Of a DNA stretch of 64,000 nt, positions 51,790-64,000 are shown piece by piece. This DNA comes from Lama glama (taxonomy: Eukaryota), in NCBI GenBank assembly GCA_028534125.1, contig CM052817.1, forward strand, positions 28,646,001-28,710,000, read 5' to 3'. The translations under genes were made by a program, and so were the position numbers. How positions within the stretch are numbered: position 1 is the stretch's first letter; the number at the start of each line of letters is the position of its first letter. Under the pieces are notes generated by a model. It was given only the letters and a program-made list of their open reading frames with translations, was not told where the DNA came from and did no database searches.

Positions 51790-51979
51790 ACCCACAGTCA
51801 ACAAATAGTGGAGGCAAGATTTAAGCCTAGGGATTACTCAAAATCATGTGTGTATCCTTTTCTCTTATCCCATTAAAATACGTCAGCAGCAACCACGGAT
51901 CAAATCTATGTCCAATATTTAGTCAAGGTCAAAGATGAGTGAGGCTAGGATAGAGAAATAGGAAAGGGTTGAGAAGAAT

Positions 51980-52330
51980 ATTGTTAAAATTCTAAGCTGG
52001 ATCCCGACGGCTCTTGCCCTTGTACAGTCCCCTCCCCTTGAGTGTGGGTGAGGTATGTGAGGACCATGGGATATCCTACTTCACCTGGGAAAACTGAAGG
52101 ACCCGCTTAGATGTAATCAAGGCTCTAAGCAGTTGATTTTGAGTTACTCAAAAGGAGAGTCTCCTGGGCTTTGCAGGTGAGCTCTTTGATGGGAGGCTTA
52201 TGTGCTCTCTTACTTGCCTTGAAAAAGTAAACTGCAAGGTCGTGAGAGTGATTGTGGAAGGGGCCACATGGCAAGGATGCAAAGGACACCTTCAACAGCT
52301 AAAAGTAGTCCCTGGTCTAGAGCCATCAAA
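51980..52330 (+). mobile_element. MLT1E/F-like LTR fragment
   Basis: tcccctccccttgagtgtgggtgagg...agatgtaatcaaggctctaagcagttgattttgagttactcaaaaggaga...gggccacatggcaagga. Confidence 0.7.
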
Positions 52331-53322
52331 TAACAAAACTTACTGATCTGTTTCTAATCATTCTGGATAGGGGAATCCAGAAGTCAACAATGCTTGATGC
52401 TCTGAAACATGGTAACTAGTAGGTGATTTATAAATGGCCATTTGGAGAAAGCTAATTAATTAGTGACACCCAATATAATGCCTAAATGCTAAAACTTCCA
52501 AACAGCATTGACAAAAAAAAGGAAAAAGTAAGTTTAATTCATTAAGAAGAAAACAGTGACTATTATACATAAAAAGTATACTTTCTCTCCTAGAAAGCCT
52601 GAGCAGAACACAGAGTGATGATATGAAGAAGCTGGTTTGAAATCCAAGTCTAGCTTTGTCCAATATTTTGTTACCTTCACTTCATTTGACATGACAAATG
52701 CACAGAAATTTTGATGACACTTTTATATAGAAAATAACACCTCATTGTGACCAAAAATTTACATCTTAAAAGGTTATTTCACCTCTAGGCTGAAATGCAA
52801 AATACCACCTTTTGCTTGTCTCATGTGTGTTTCTGAAGCTTTACAATCATTCCTTTTCTGATTTCTGAACACCCAATCAAGGTGTCCTGAGCTGCATCTA
52901 AACTTGAGATTTAATAGAAATTGTGACATCTGCACTGACTCTAAATTGTGGAGGGAAATAGGATATCACACTCAAGCTGTGATCACGGAAAATATATAGC
53001 AAGCTGAGTAATTAAATGAAGGCAGTACACGATGGTGCTACATTCATCAAGGGAAATACTATGTAACTACTACAAATTTTGTCTTCAAAATATTTAATGA
53101 CTTTAGAAAACATCAGCAGTGGGTTCAATAGAAAAGTAGGATCTTAGTCTGAGGGTTATTTTGTTAAAAAAAAAAAAATCAGACAGAAGACATGAAAAAA
53201 GAGACCAATGCGTTAATAGCTATTAGCTCTAGACAGTGGATTATGTGTAATCTTATTTTTCATGTAATTTTGGCATTTATGGGCTTTCATGTATTTATAT
53301 TGTTCGGTAGTATGCAACTTTT

Positions 53323-53528
53323 TAAAAAGATTTTCTTTACATCTTTTCATTGATTTATAGTCATTTTACAATGTTGTGTCAAATTCCAGTGTAGAGCACA
53401 ATTTTTCAGGTATACATGAACATACATATATTCATTGTCACATTTTTTTTTCGCTGTGAGCTACCACAAGATCTTGTATATATTTCCCTGTGCTCTATAG
53501 TATAATCTTGTTTATCTATTCTACACTT
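53323..53528 (-). mobile_element. Young 5'-truncated L1 3' end with 17-bp TSD
   Basis: TSD ggtagtatgcaactttt at 53306-53322 and 53529-53545, followed by aa (L1 endonuclease TTTT/AA site). Confidence 0.92.
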
Positions 53529-54029
53529 GGTAGTATGCAACTTTTAAATGAACTGTATTATTTTTAGAATCAGGAAAAACAGTCAAGTTGGGGAAATTGA
53601 GCTTCACAGCAAAGCATTAGAATTTGAAGTGACCTAACGGGTCTATAAATAGTGAACAAAATGCAACCATTAAATCCCTTCCAGCTTCCAGATGCCCAGA
53701 TTCTAAGTTCATGTAGGGACATATGCAGAGAGAGGAACACTTTTTGGCATTTAGCCAGTTTCTGTGGTTCACAATGTAGCATAAATGAAATATTATTCAT
53801 TCCCTTAACTACAGAAAGGGGTAGCTGAATCAGACCTTGAGCATCATGATCTCTTCCAGCCATAATATTCCATAGTTCCATATTCTGTGATTCACTGGTA
53901 CAGAATTCTTATAGATTTTCAGATTCATGTGATGCTTAGAAATTTCATTTTATTTAAAAAAGTATAAACTGAGAACATGTAGCCTTGAATCTCTTATATC
54001 ATGAAGGAAGTGCATGCAGACAGAAAGAC

Positions 54030-54272
54030 AGTCCAGCATGACACTGACAAGGCCGTGGGCTCTGGGGCCAGATCGTCTACGGTCGAGTCATGTCACCAGC
54101 GCGTTTTTAGGTGTGTGTCTTGGGGCATGTTATTTCATCTCTCTGTGTTTCAATTTTCTCATCTAGGGTTAAGTGCTGAACTCATAGGGTTGAAGATTAA
54201 CCTAATTAATAGATGCAGTGTGCTTAGAACAGTGCCTGACACATGTTGAATAAATACGAGTTATTATTATTT
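54030..54272 (+). mobile_element. MIR SINE
   Basis: gtgtgtcttggggcatgttatttcatctctctgtgtttcaattttctcatct...gtgcttagaacagtgcctgacacat. Confidence 0.8.
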
Positions 54273-54837
54273 TTCTCACCAGCTTAAGTAGGAAGAAAAA
54301 AATAAGTCAAATGAAAAACAGCCCAAAGGAATTGGAGCAATTTATTCTGCATTAGAAAAGGGCAAGGAGGAACATCTAAAATTTCTCAGTCAAAGCAACC
54401 GTGTTAACTTGCATGATGACCTCTCCTCTAAAACCTGATATTTTACCTTTAGAGGAAGAATTATGTGGGCATATTGCTAAAGATAGTAAAATAACTGAGA
54501 TTCTACCTCAGAAGAGGGAGGATTCTGCATATAACCTGGTTTGCCAATTTACTTTTATCTTTCCTCCAAGGCCATTCTCAAATGGCAAATTTCTCTTTTA
54601 AATTTTTCTGTTCATCAAATAGAAATGCTCTCCACCTCATTTTTTTTAAGCCCTCCCTTGTGTCAGCACACACATGACACTTTTTATAGAATTCTATTTC
54701 ATAGGAAATTGTAAATACTATAGATTCTCCAGCCAAGTGTATTAATAATTTATTCAATAAACATGTATCTAGTGCTTACTCTGTTCCAAGCTCTGCTCTA
54801 AGCACTTTGCAAATATTATCTCATTTAATCCTTCAGG

Positions 54838-55297
54838 GAGATGGCAAAATATAGCCACAGTTTCTCCCATCTGTGTTTGCACACCTGTTTGTAACATGAC
54901 TTTGTCATACCTCCCAAGTGTATTTCTCCATCCCCTCAAATCCATGTTGCCCCTTGTGATTTGTTTTGACAACAGAATGCATCAGAGGTGACATTTTGTG
55001 AGTTGAGAGTTTATGCTGAAAGAAGTCTTACAGCTTTTGCTCTGGCTTTCTTGCTGCCCTGAGATTGCCAGGTAAAGGGACACTAGCCTCTTAGAGGACA
55101 AGTAACCACGTTGATAGACATGCCAGCCAATGACTAGCACCACCTACTGGACAATGGATGAGGTTCTTAGACCAAATATCCCCGGTGAAATCACAAATGA
55201 CTAGCCACATGAGGACCCAAGTAAGACGAGCAGGGGCATCACCAAGCTGATTCCAGCCACTAAGTTTGGAGAGGTCTGTTTTACAGCTGAAGATACA
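54838..55297 (+). mobile_element. MLT1G/H-like LTR nested in a MIR (MIR spans ~54740-55450)
   Basis: cccttgtgatttgttttgacaacagaatgcatcagaggtgac...agccactaagtttggagaggtctgttttacagc; MIR halves on either side. Confidence 0.7.
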
Positions 55298-57489
55298 CTT
55301 CCCATAATATTAATATGTAATTCCATTCCCCCTTTACAGGTGAGGAAGATGAGGTGACTAAATAAATTGTTCAATGTTACATAGCTAGCTCATGGCAAAT
55401 CCCAGCTTCAAACTCAGAATCTCTGGTCCTAACCATCACACTAAGCTGACTTCCTTAAATTCATGTTCCTTTATATTGTTTCTTCAGTCACAGAAACATT
55501 TATGAAGCATCCTTGCCTTCAATTAAGGACTACCAGGTTCTATTGGCATTCTCATTTGCATTGTTTTGTTTGAATCTCCCAATTATCCTGTGGTAAGCAG
55601 ACCAAATGTCAACACTTTCATGCTATAAATGTGAGACAGAGACTCCTAGAGATTAGCATAATGCCCAAAGTTATACATGGAAGAGGGTAGGATCTGAAAT
55701 ACGTTCCCTTTTCTTACACACATTGCTTAATGCACAGGTACCAAGTTTTCCTCAAGTTGCACACGTTAGAGTGTCTTGCATGTAGTAAGTTTTCAATGAA
55801 CATTTACCATGAATAAATGCAGTGGGGGTATATCATTTAGCCCTTGTTTAATTTATTTTCCCTTCTTTTGGCGAAAGAGGTCATTCATGTTTCTTATTTG
55901 TGTTTCTTCATTGCAGATTCCATATGCAACCCTATGTGACAAGGAACAGCCCTCAGAGCCATCAAGAGTGATGACAATAGAGTAGTGATACCCAGAGAGA
56001 AATGACTCTCTCTCCTTGCTGTCTCCTGCATGTTTCAATTCAGTACCTAGGGACTTCAAGTGACAATCACCTTGCATTGTGACAGCTTGTGAAAGGAGCA
56101 GATAGGTTGGTGAAAAGCATATAGATAGAATAATAGGGCGTAGATTCAAGGACAATAGATTTTTTGGCATAAATATATGGCAGGAAAAGGAGGTTATAGA
56201 TGGGCAAGCACTCTGTAAAATCGTGGATTTGACCTCTACAGAGCAAAGTTATAAGTTATTCATTGCATTCCTATAAAAAGATATATCTATGGATATATCT
56301 ATATGCATATAGATATAGATATATCTTTTATGCTTGTTATATCTTATGCCAATTTTATGTCTTTCGTTTAAGCTTATTATATAAATATATGTGTATGTGT
56401 ATATATATATATCTTTATTGCTTGAATATGGTGTCTGTTTTAAGACAGGAAACTTTGGATGGCATGTAAACTCCAAGTGCTGATAAGAGCCCAGCACTTT
56501 TGATTTATAATTAAATGAATAAATATTACAAATCCAAGGCACACAAATATCAGGACTCCTGACCTATTCAGATGCTAATGTCTCATTGAAGTCCTCTGCC
56601 ATTGCCTTAGGGAAACAGGGCTTGTGGGAGAGTCGTTAATGCCAGCCCCAGGAGGCTGAACTTTAAGAACCAGTGCAAACACCCACCAGGAAGGCAAGAT
56701 CTATTTGAGCAAAGAGGATGTACTGAATGGAAAATATAAATATAAATGTGCCATTCTTCCTTCCTCTTCGTTTTCCTCCCACAGCAATGTCTTTTGGGAA
56801 ACTGAAGGCAAGAAGGAGGCTTGTCAATTTAGCAAAATGAATTCACTGCCACACTTGAGAAAAAGTAGGAGGCAAATTAAAGGTATATAATAATTTAATT
56901 TTTTTTCTAGTGCAAGAAGACTTCACACTCTAGACAGAGGCTGCACTACTCTGGGTTGCACATCTAAACGGTGTTAACTTTCACTGGAGTCTCTGTTATG
57001 CTAAGAAATCCAGAAACCAAAGTGTAGAAGCAAGAAGGGGAGAACAGGAGAGAAACGGACACCAAATTATTATAGAAGACTGAAGCAACATAAGAAAAAG
57101 GAGGATGTGATTTGCACTTTTTAATTATTTCTTCTTGTCTTTTTCATTTCTCCTCGTTCAAAGGGGCCATAAAGCTAAAAATGTTTACATGCCAAGATCT
57201 GGACTTAGAATGGAAATATATTCAACACTGATACAGTGAGTAAAAATAACACATATATCATGATATATCCAACTCTAGGTATGAAATAATCTGGATCTAG
57301 AATAATGCTAATAATGCTACTAAAAGCAGCTCATCTCTTAACTTCCCACCCTGACAATAGTTTCATTACTCAGAAAATGAAAGGATTTGTTTTATAATTC
57401 AGAGATTTCACATATATATATGCCCTCTCCCCTATGGTGTTTGACTAATTTAAGAACTAACACAAAAACAAACATGAAGATTAAGGAAA

Positions 57490-57903
57490 TGTTATGGAAA
57501 CGACAGGCCAGTCAAGAAACAAGCACCACTCGGAGGGTTGGAGTACTCAGATGTATTACGCCAGCGGGCTCTGAGGGGCTTCTGCTCCGAAGCTCTGAGC
57601 ACCTTCAAGATGTGCACATGAGGTTTTACAGGGTAAAGTACAAGCTTGGGGTATTTGGCCTATAGGCATGGAACAGCTTTAGCAACATCATCATCACAAA
57701 AGTGGAGGCGGGGAGGCAGCAAACCAACATTCCAAAGCCAGATATATATCTTTGAAAATCCAGCTGGCTAGCAAAAAAACATGAACAGCAAACCAACACT
57801 AATTAACTTAGATTTACAAGTTAGTCCAGCAGAACTCAGATCAGTATTCCAATACTTAGATTTGTGAGTTATCTTGTTAGACCAGCCCAGTTTTTCCTTC
57901 ACA
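57490..57903 (-). mobile_element. ERV1-like solo LTR, 414 bp
   Basis: TG...CA ends (minus strand starts TGTGAAGGAAAAACTG), TSD-like gaaa/gaat, GC box, internal direct repeat cagcaaaccaaca at 57717-57729 and 57786-57798. Confidence 0.8.
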
Positions 57904-58756
57904 GAATAACATAAACTTTGTTACCTCAAAATATGGGATGCTGTTTAACTCTAGACATTGTTAAAGACATTAAGTCTAGATCCAAAGTGGAATTGCTTCT
58001 TCCTTTCCTTCCCCATCCTTCCAAAAATGCCCCAGTCTAGGGTCTGGTTTCAATTATGAGGATTCTGTCTGGGAGATGGCTAACTTTGCAGAGCAAACTC
58101 TGTATCTATACACAATCTGTGAAATGCGAAGCTGAGCCTGTTTCACATTCCAAGTGCAAGATTTGCAGCACAAGGAGAGGAAGACACAAACCAGCCCTGC
58201 TTCTTAAAGGAGTGACTCACCTTAATGGCTCCCATAGCACCAGCCTGGTGAGACTCCTCTTCCCGTAAGGACGAATAAATGCGGGGAATTCAGAAAGGGT
58301 TTGCAAATTCTTTAATACTGCTTCCTCTGGGAAGTGGGATGGACGTTCCTTAGCAAAAGATGAGGATGAGGCAGGAAAAGCCTCCTTCCTCCTAGGGAAG
58401 AGATGTAGGGGTTGCTCCTTTCCACTCAAAATGAACCAATACGGCAAATGACTAAAGCAGATTCATAAAAGACAAGACTTTTGCATCCTAGCTTATGATT
58501 GCTTTAATAGCACAGCATTGGATACAGAATATTATAGGACCAAGTATTCTTTGGCCAAAAGAGGAAAGGAGGAAGAAAGTTAGGAAAGGAAGAAGGGGGG
58601 AGGGGAAAAAGAAAGGGGGGTCATGAAAAAAAACCTATTACTGTTAATTTCATAATAGAAAAACAAGGAACTCAGAGAGTAGTCAGAGATTTATTCTATC
58701 CTTTTAAGAATTAAGGAAAACAATTTATTAATTTTTTTCAAAATCAGTAAGATATT

Positions 58757-59291
58757 TTCAAAGGAAAAGTCGCACTGAACAAAGTTCAACAAGCTAGGAA
58801 GATTTTATTCAAGGCTATTGCAATAGGGAAGAGAAGCCAGAACTCAATCTGAACTCAACTTTTCTGATACAAAGAGGTGGAGAGTTTAAGAGCTGGGGTG
58901 ATGATCTGCATTTAAGTGCTGTTACCCGAAGGAAAAGTAAGCTTGATAGGAGGTAATTTTACAACTTGGAGCAAGACTCTCCCTTAAATTAGTCTCCTAT
59001 TTCCCCACAAAAACTGGGAAATAGGGCTATCTCTTCCTTGATGATTACACTCTGAAGAGATAGTTTCCTGGTTCTTGAGAAAGGCATTCCTGGGATGTAA
59101 CCTGGCAAGAGGTTTTTTTTTTTTTTTTTTTTTTAAAGATTTACACTTCAAAGAGGTAGAGAAAGAATTTACAATTACGAGTTTCTAAAGTAAACGCTCT
59201 ACGAGTAGGGAGGTCAGAAGCCCACTCAGGAAAACATCTGTCTAAAGTTTATTCAAGCTGAGAGGAATATCAAGGCCAGGATTGGTCGACA
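58757..59291 (-). mobile_element. MER31-like ERV1 LTR
   Basis: caaaggaaaagtcgcactgaacaaagttcaacaagctaggaagattttattcaaggctattgcaatagggaa...tctaaagtttattcaagctgagaggaatatcaaggcc. Confidence 0.7.
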
Positions 59292-60228
59292 TCATAAACT
59301 AGAATTTTAAAAAGGGATAGAGGGTATTTAAAAAATCTGATTAAACAAATGCTAATGATCCCAATACAGCATAAAAAAAGAATTGGTTGGCAGGTAAATG
59401 TGGCTGTTCAGTGAACTTTTCTGAAGAGCACAGGTTTACAGGGAACCTATGCTTGAAGAAATTATGAGCAAAGACAGAGCATTAAAAAGATAAGATCATA
59501 AATTAACATCTAAGAAATAAAAACCAATAATGTGCCAATGACTCATAGAGCCTTAACTTGGCACTCATATTTTTGGCTACCTATGATTTTATGATAATGA
59601 AAAGGAAACTCAAGATATATTTTTTCAAAAAAATAAGATAATGAAAGAAAGCAAAAGGACAGCTCTGTGGCCACTGTTAGTAGAAAGCAGAAATTCCAGC
59701 CAACCTCAGAATTCTTAACCAAGGAGATTGATTTTCAAATGGGAAGTGCTAAAGCAAACATCATTAAAGGGAAATTAAGCCTCAATAAGAAAAATTATAG
59801 CAAGAGTACTCAGACATTTGCATTTAAAATAAATGTAAGTATTTGGGCCCAAATCCCCAGAAGAGAGTTTAAAGCTAAAATCTTCAACATATCATAAGAG
59901 TCCTCACTACCTGTGGATGGGAATGCAAAAATTATTCTAATAATTTTTGAGAAACTATGGAAAATAAGAAATATATTGAAAGATTTTTTTTATTTAAAGG
60001 GTACAAAAGGAAAAACTTTCTTTAAAATTTTATAAGTCAAACACATATTTACTATAAGGTTCACTTGCAGCCCTGACATTCTTTTTAGTCTGTATATTGA
60101 AATGACTACTGATTACACATGTATAAAAAGAACAAACTTCTTAGTTTTTTTTTTCTTTTTTTTCTGTTTAAGATTTACAGTGGTTTCAAATATAAGACAA
60201 TTTTGAAAGGAGGAAAATAAGCTAGAGC

Positions 60229-60361
60229 TTACAGAGAAAAAAATGTGACAATGAATATATATATGTTCATGTATAACTGAAAAATTGTGCTCTACACTGG
60301 AATTTGACACAACATTGTAAAATGATTATAAATCAATAAAAAATGTTATATTGTTTAAAAA
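60229..60361 (+). mobile_element. Young, very short L1 3' end with 15-bp TSD
   Basis: TSD aaaataagctagagc at 60214-60228 and 60362-60376; body nearly identical to the reverse complement of 53340-53462. Confidence 0.92.
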
Positions 60362-62000
60362 AAATAAGCTAGAGCAGTTGTCTGAATTCTCACAGAAAAT
60401 ACCTTTGTGGAATATCTTTTCATGTAAATATGAAATACATATGCTATATTACATAACCGATGATTTACCAAGACTTAGATTAAATAATAACTTTTTTGTG
60501 TTTTAAAAATATTAAAATGTTTAAATAAAATATTATTGTGTCTTTTTACTTAAAAACTCTCTGATTCTACATGCAATTATAAAATAAGAGAAACCACACC
60601 CAAATATACTGTCATCCTTATGTTACTACTACATTTTACATCATTAGCACATCTGAGATAGGATTTACTATCAAAGTTTTATCTAATGATTTCAGATCTC
60701 CCTCACAAGCAGTAGTAATCTAAGAATTGTTCGACAGGTAAAAATTGAATTCAAAATCCATTTCTTTGTTTCTTTTTTTTTTTGCCCATCCTGGTCATTT
60801 CTCACTTTCGTTATTAAAATATGTCCTCAAGAAAGATTCTGATATTAGTAATTCACATTTGCTTACAAATCTAATTTAATCTCTTGCCTCCTCCAAATAT
60901 AATTTCATTTAAACAGTTAATTCACCTACAATTGTATCCTTTAGGCTTTTTTATCATTCTCTAACAACATGGAATAAGTTGAGTATCACAACATGGATCC
61001 TTAAAGCATTATTAATTATAATTTATTGAAATGTATACATTATAATTTATTAATATATGTACTCTGATAGTTATCAACCCAATAGGTAGTTCAGTAGATC
61101 TGCATGTCTCAAGAAGTTTCATATCATTCCACTGACACAGTCCTAGACCATCCCAGATGGGCTCATTCTTTTTCACAAAAAAATTCAGTGTAGATTTTCC
61201 AGTGTTTTCAGTTACATTAATTTATATATTCTTTTTCACCATAATATTCTTAACCTGTGATTAGGGTCACTGCGGGTACAGTAATGGGCAGCTTGGGCTC
61301 AGTTAGATCAGCTCTTTCATTTGCTCAATTTATCGCTTTGTTCTTGATGCATCTCACTCTCATATCACCAAAATGCAAGCTTTCTGTAATCTTCTCCTTT
61401 GAATCCTCCCATGGCTTTTCATCAGGTTATAGTGATCCGTGGTCCCCTAAATCCACTGACTTAATACTTTCCTATTTCTGCTAGCTATACCTGATATACT
61501 GTCTTCATCCAAATCAATAGATTTCTATGCCAGATTTTCTGGAATGGATTTACTCATTGGGTGTTAAAATTATTGCAGACAAAAAGAAACAGTAAGACAT
61601 CTATGTTCTTGAAATAGGTCTTCCCAAATGTCCTTGAAAATGCTTTGCTTAGGTGTATTCGGTTGTTTATTGATAACTAGGCATGAGGGGGGAAACTGAT
61701 GGTGATGCACAAATCCATGCCCTTCACTCCTTCCTCTCTACAACTCCTTTCAGTAAGACCTCCACATTGTTCACTGAATTACTGCTTTAGCCTCTTTAAC
61801 TGGCCACTGCATCTGCAAATTTTGCCTCCTTAAAAGCTAGTCCCTACAATGTTGCCTATGAAAAATTCAGAACTGACCATGCCACTTTCCTGCTTAAAGT
61901 ATTTCAAAGGTTTTTCTGTGACACTCAAGTCACTTCATGACCTTTACTCTTCTCCTCAGGCCTCATCATCCCAATGTTTCTGCATTTATCCTATTGTAAG

Positions 62001-62418
62001 TTTTGTTTTGTTTGTTTTTTTTTTAACAGATCTGCCTTTATTGACAAGCTAACCAAAAGCATGGGTGGGAGGAGCTGTGACATCTCAGAAGCCTCAGGGG
62101 GCCCACAGGGGCTGGCAAGACCCCCCAGGACTCTTTGTGTGCAGGGAATGTCCCACCAGGAGCTGCCAGTGCAGAGAGGTCCACCATGATTACGAAACCA
62201 ACCACTACTTTCCAGAATACACTCATCATTCGAGTTCAGTGCCTCCTTGCCTTTGCCATTGCAGTTCTGCTTAGAATTCTTGTCACCTTTCTTTGTCTCT
62301 GGGCTAAATCCTTACAGTCTTTCTTGATTATCTCCCTAAGAAATCTTCCCAGCCCCTCTTGCTTCTCTGCTGGGCTGTGCTCCATTAGTAGCCTATGATT
62401 GGCTCCAGAAGAGGCTTG
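62001..62418 (-). pseudogene. Processed retrocopy (3' end of an unidentified mRNA)
   Basis: Minus strand: GC-richer non-repeat sequence, AATAAA at 62037-62042 lying 12 nt before an A-rich tail (62001-62024), degenerate TSD (cctattgtaagtttt / ccatattggatttt), inserted between two halves of an L2. Confidence 0.7.
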
Positions 62419-62519
62419 CCATATTGGATTTTGGTCTATTTCTCTATCTCTTCCCCTAAGCTCTGAGTCCCTTGAAGTCACACACAGACTCCCTTGAAGT
62501 ATTGTGTACACAGTTTATT

Positions 62520-62696
62520 TTTCAATGTAAGTGCTATTAACATTTTGAGTGAGGAGATATTCTTCTTGATGTGAAATGTTATTAACATTATAAAATATTT
62601 TGCATTCATGGTCCCAATCAGACGTTTGTAAGACCCTAAGTCAAATTTCCAAATGCCCATTAAGTGGGTGCTACTATCCTTAGTTAAAAACCATTA
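62520..62696. mobile_element. MER20-like hAT MITE
   Basis: gtgctattaacattttgagtgaggagatattcttc...aaatttccaaatgccc...agttaaaaaccatt resembles MER20/MER20B. Confidence 0.55.
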
Positions 62697-62699
62697 TTC

Positions 62700-62800
62700 C
62701 TCAGCTCCAATATGTGATATAAAGAAGGCACTCAAATGTGTGTTGAAAAATAAAAGAATGGGTAAATGAATGAATGAATGAATGAATGAATAGATGAATG
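62700..62800 (+). mobile_element. L2 3' terminus with (TGAA)n tail
   Basis: gaaggcactcaaatgtgtgttgaa...(tgaa)6. Confidence 0.8.
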
Positions 62801-63791
62801 GATACCTTTCCTTTAAAATGAATGAGGATTTTCTTGCTGGTTTCCAACAAATTCTAAATGCTTTAGTAGTCTCCCCTGAAACCTACAATTATTCTGAACC
62901 AATTCTTCCTTTAGGCAATTCCTAAGTGACAACTTCTGAAATGATGTCGATGCTATTAGCACAGATAATGTCTCAATTTTTTTAATTTCATAGTCAGATA
63001 ATTTGTTATTTATTTTAAGTTTTCTTTTGACCTCGAAGCTTAGCCTAATATACTCAGAACTTCTATAAATATAATTTTTTTCCTTTCTTATAACAAATAC
63101 TACACAACAGACAGCTATCATTAAATGATGGCTGTTTCATGAAGTACAATATACACCAATATTTCTTTCTAGATATATGATTTTATTACAAATTCCAACA
63201 GACTCAGCCCTAAGATTGATGAGTATGTGCTGTTTTGGTGGAATAGAGATAATGCATTATAAATTAGGCTTTTATCAATATTAGAGCTTCAAATCATGTC
63301 TTTTAGATTGCACAAAAATATGTAGCTTTTATACATATGGAAATAGTAGTTGTCTAGTCAGTAGAAAATTGTTATTCTACTAGCATCTCACCATAAAAAT
63401 AAGAAGTTTAAGCATTATCTGTTATAAGAGAGAAAATTTATTTATATCCCTGAAAGCTGTGAATATGTGTAGTCTAAGTCTTCAAACTTAGAAAATCTAT
63501 ATAAAACTATACATTATCTGAAAGAGAAATGTACATGTCCATGCACACATATACATATACACTCGCCTTGGGAATGTAAACGTTACCGCTCCTTAATGGC
63601 TTCAGAACACATGAGAAAACACCTGGGAGGCTCCAATAAGGACATATCTCTTGAGTGTCTTTGAGACTGATCACCACCACAGTGGTGTCTGCACTGCGTT
63701 ATATACAGACATTTGCCAGAGCGCCTGCAGGTTATGTGTTCATGTGTATACATACTTCTTATTGCCCAGTGGCTCTCTCCCACTGGCTCTT

Positions 63792-63885
63792 TTGTAGTTT
63801 TTCTTTTAGTGGTGGTACTGGGGATTGAACCCAGGACCTTGTGTATGCTTAGCATGCGCTCTACCACTGAGTCACAGCCACCCCC
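63792..63885 (-). mobile_element. Short tRNA-Ala-derived SINE (Vic-1-related)
   Basis: Minus strand reads gggggtggctgtgactcagtggtagagcgcatgctaagcatacacaaggtcctgggttcaatccccagtaccacca plus an A-rich tail; TSD ctggctctt/ccagctctt. Confidence 0.85.
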
Positions 63886-64000
63886 GCCAGCTCTTGATAC
63901 ACTGTTGAGGCAAAGTCTATGGTGGCACTTTGCAAGCAAATTATTACTAATAATGAAGTATTGGAATTTGCCTTGGTTTTACTATTTACCTCAATTTTAA

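Noticed and set aside
55890..55990. Strong plus-strand splice-acceptor-like tract (tttcttcattgcAG)
   Set aside because: All three frames stop within ~70 nt and no convincing donor follows.
1..64000. CRISPR array, operon, numt or non-retroviral endogenous viral gene
   Set aside because: No regularly spaced repeats, long ORFs or recognisable mitochondrial or viral peptides were seen; the sequence is typical mammalian repeat-rich DNA. A tBLASTn screen would be needed to exclude very decayed elements.

Overview
AT-rich mammalian non-coding DNA, intergenic or deep intronic. It is most likely camelid: two tRNA-Ala-derived Vic-1-type SINEs and artiodactyl-type L1 3' ends are present, and I saw no Alu, B1, Bov-A or PRE-1 elements. 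I found no intact protein-coding gene, true tRNA/rRNA gene or CRISPR array; the listed ORFs are chance ORFs or decayed transposon frames. The window is dominated by layered transposon fossils: a decayed 4.2-kb L1, an ERVL-class provirus remnant (LTR-gag-pol), HAL1, CR1/L3, L2, MIR, MaLR (MLT1) and MLT2 LTRs, several ERV solo LTRs and a Tigger1 deletion derivative. The most notable items are (1) a ~420-bp poly(A)-tailed retrocopy of an mRNA I cannot identify (62001-62418, minus), (2) a 2.1-kb L1 with both ends and a TSD but lacking ORF1 and most of ORF2, (3) a young CpG-rich ERV1-like LTR with a STAT/GAS motif nested in MLT1B beside a GC-enriched flank, and (4) several local duplications, palindromes and enhancer-like motif clusters. 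I cannot support a new multi-gene biological system from this sequence. Repeat family names come from my recall of consensus sequences, not a database search, and many boundaries are approximate.
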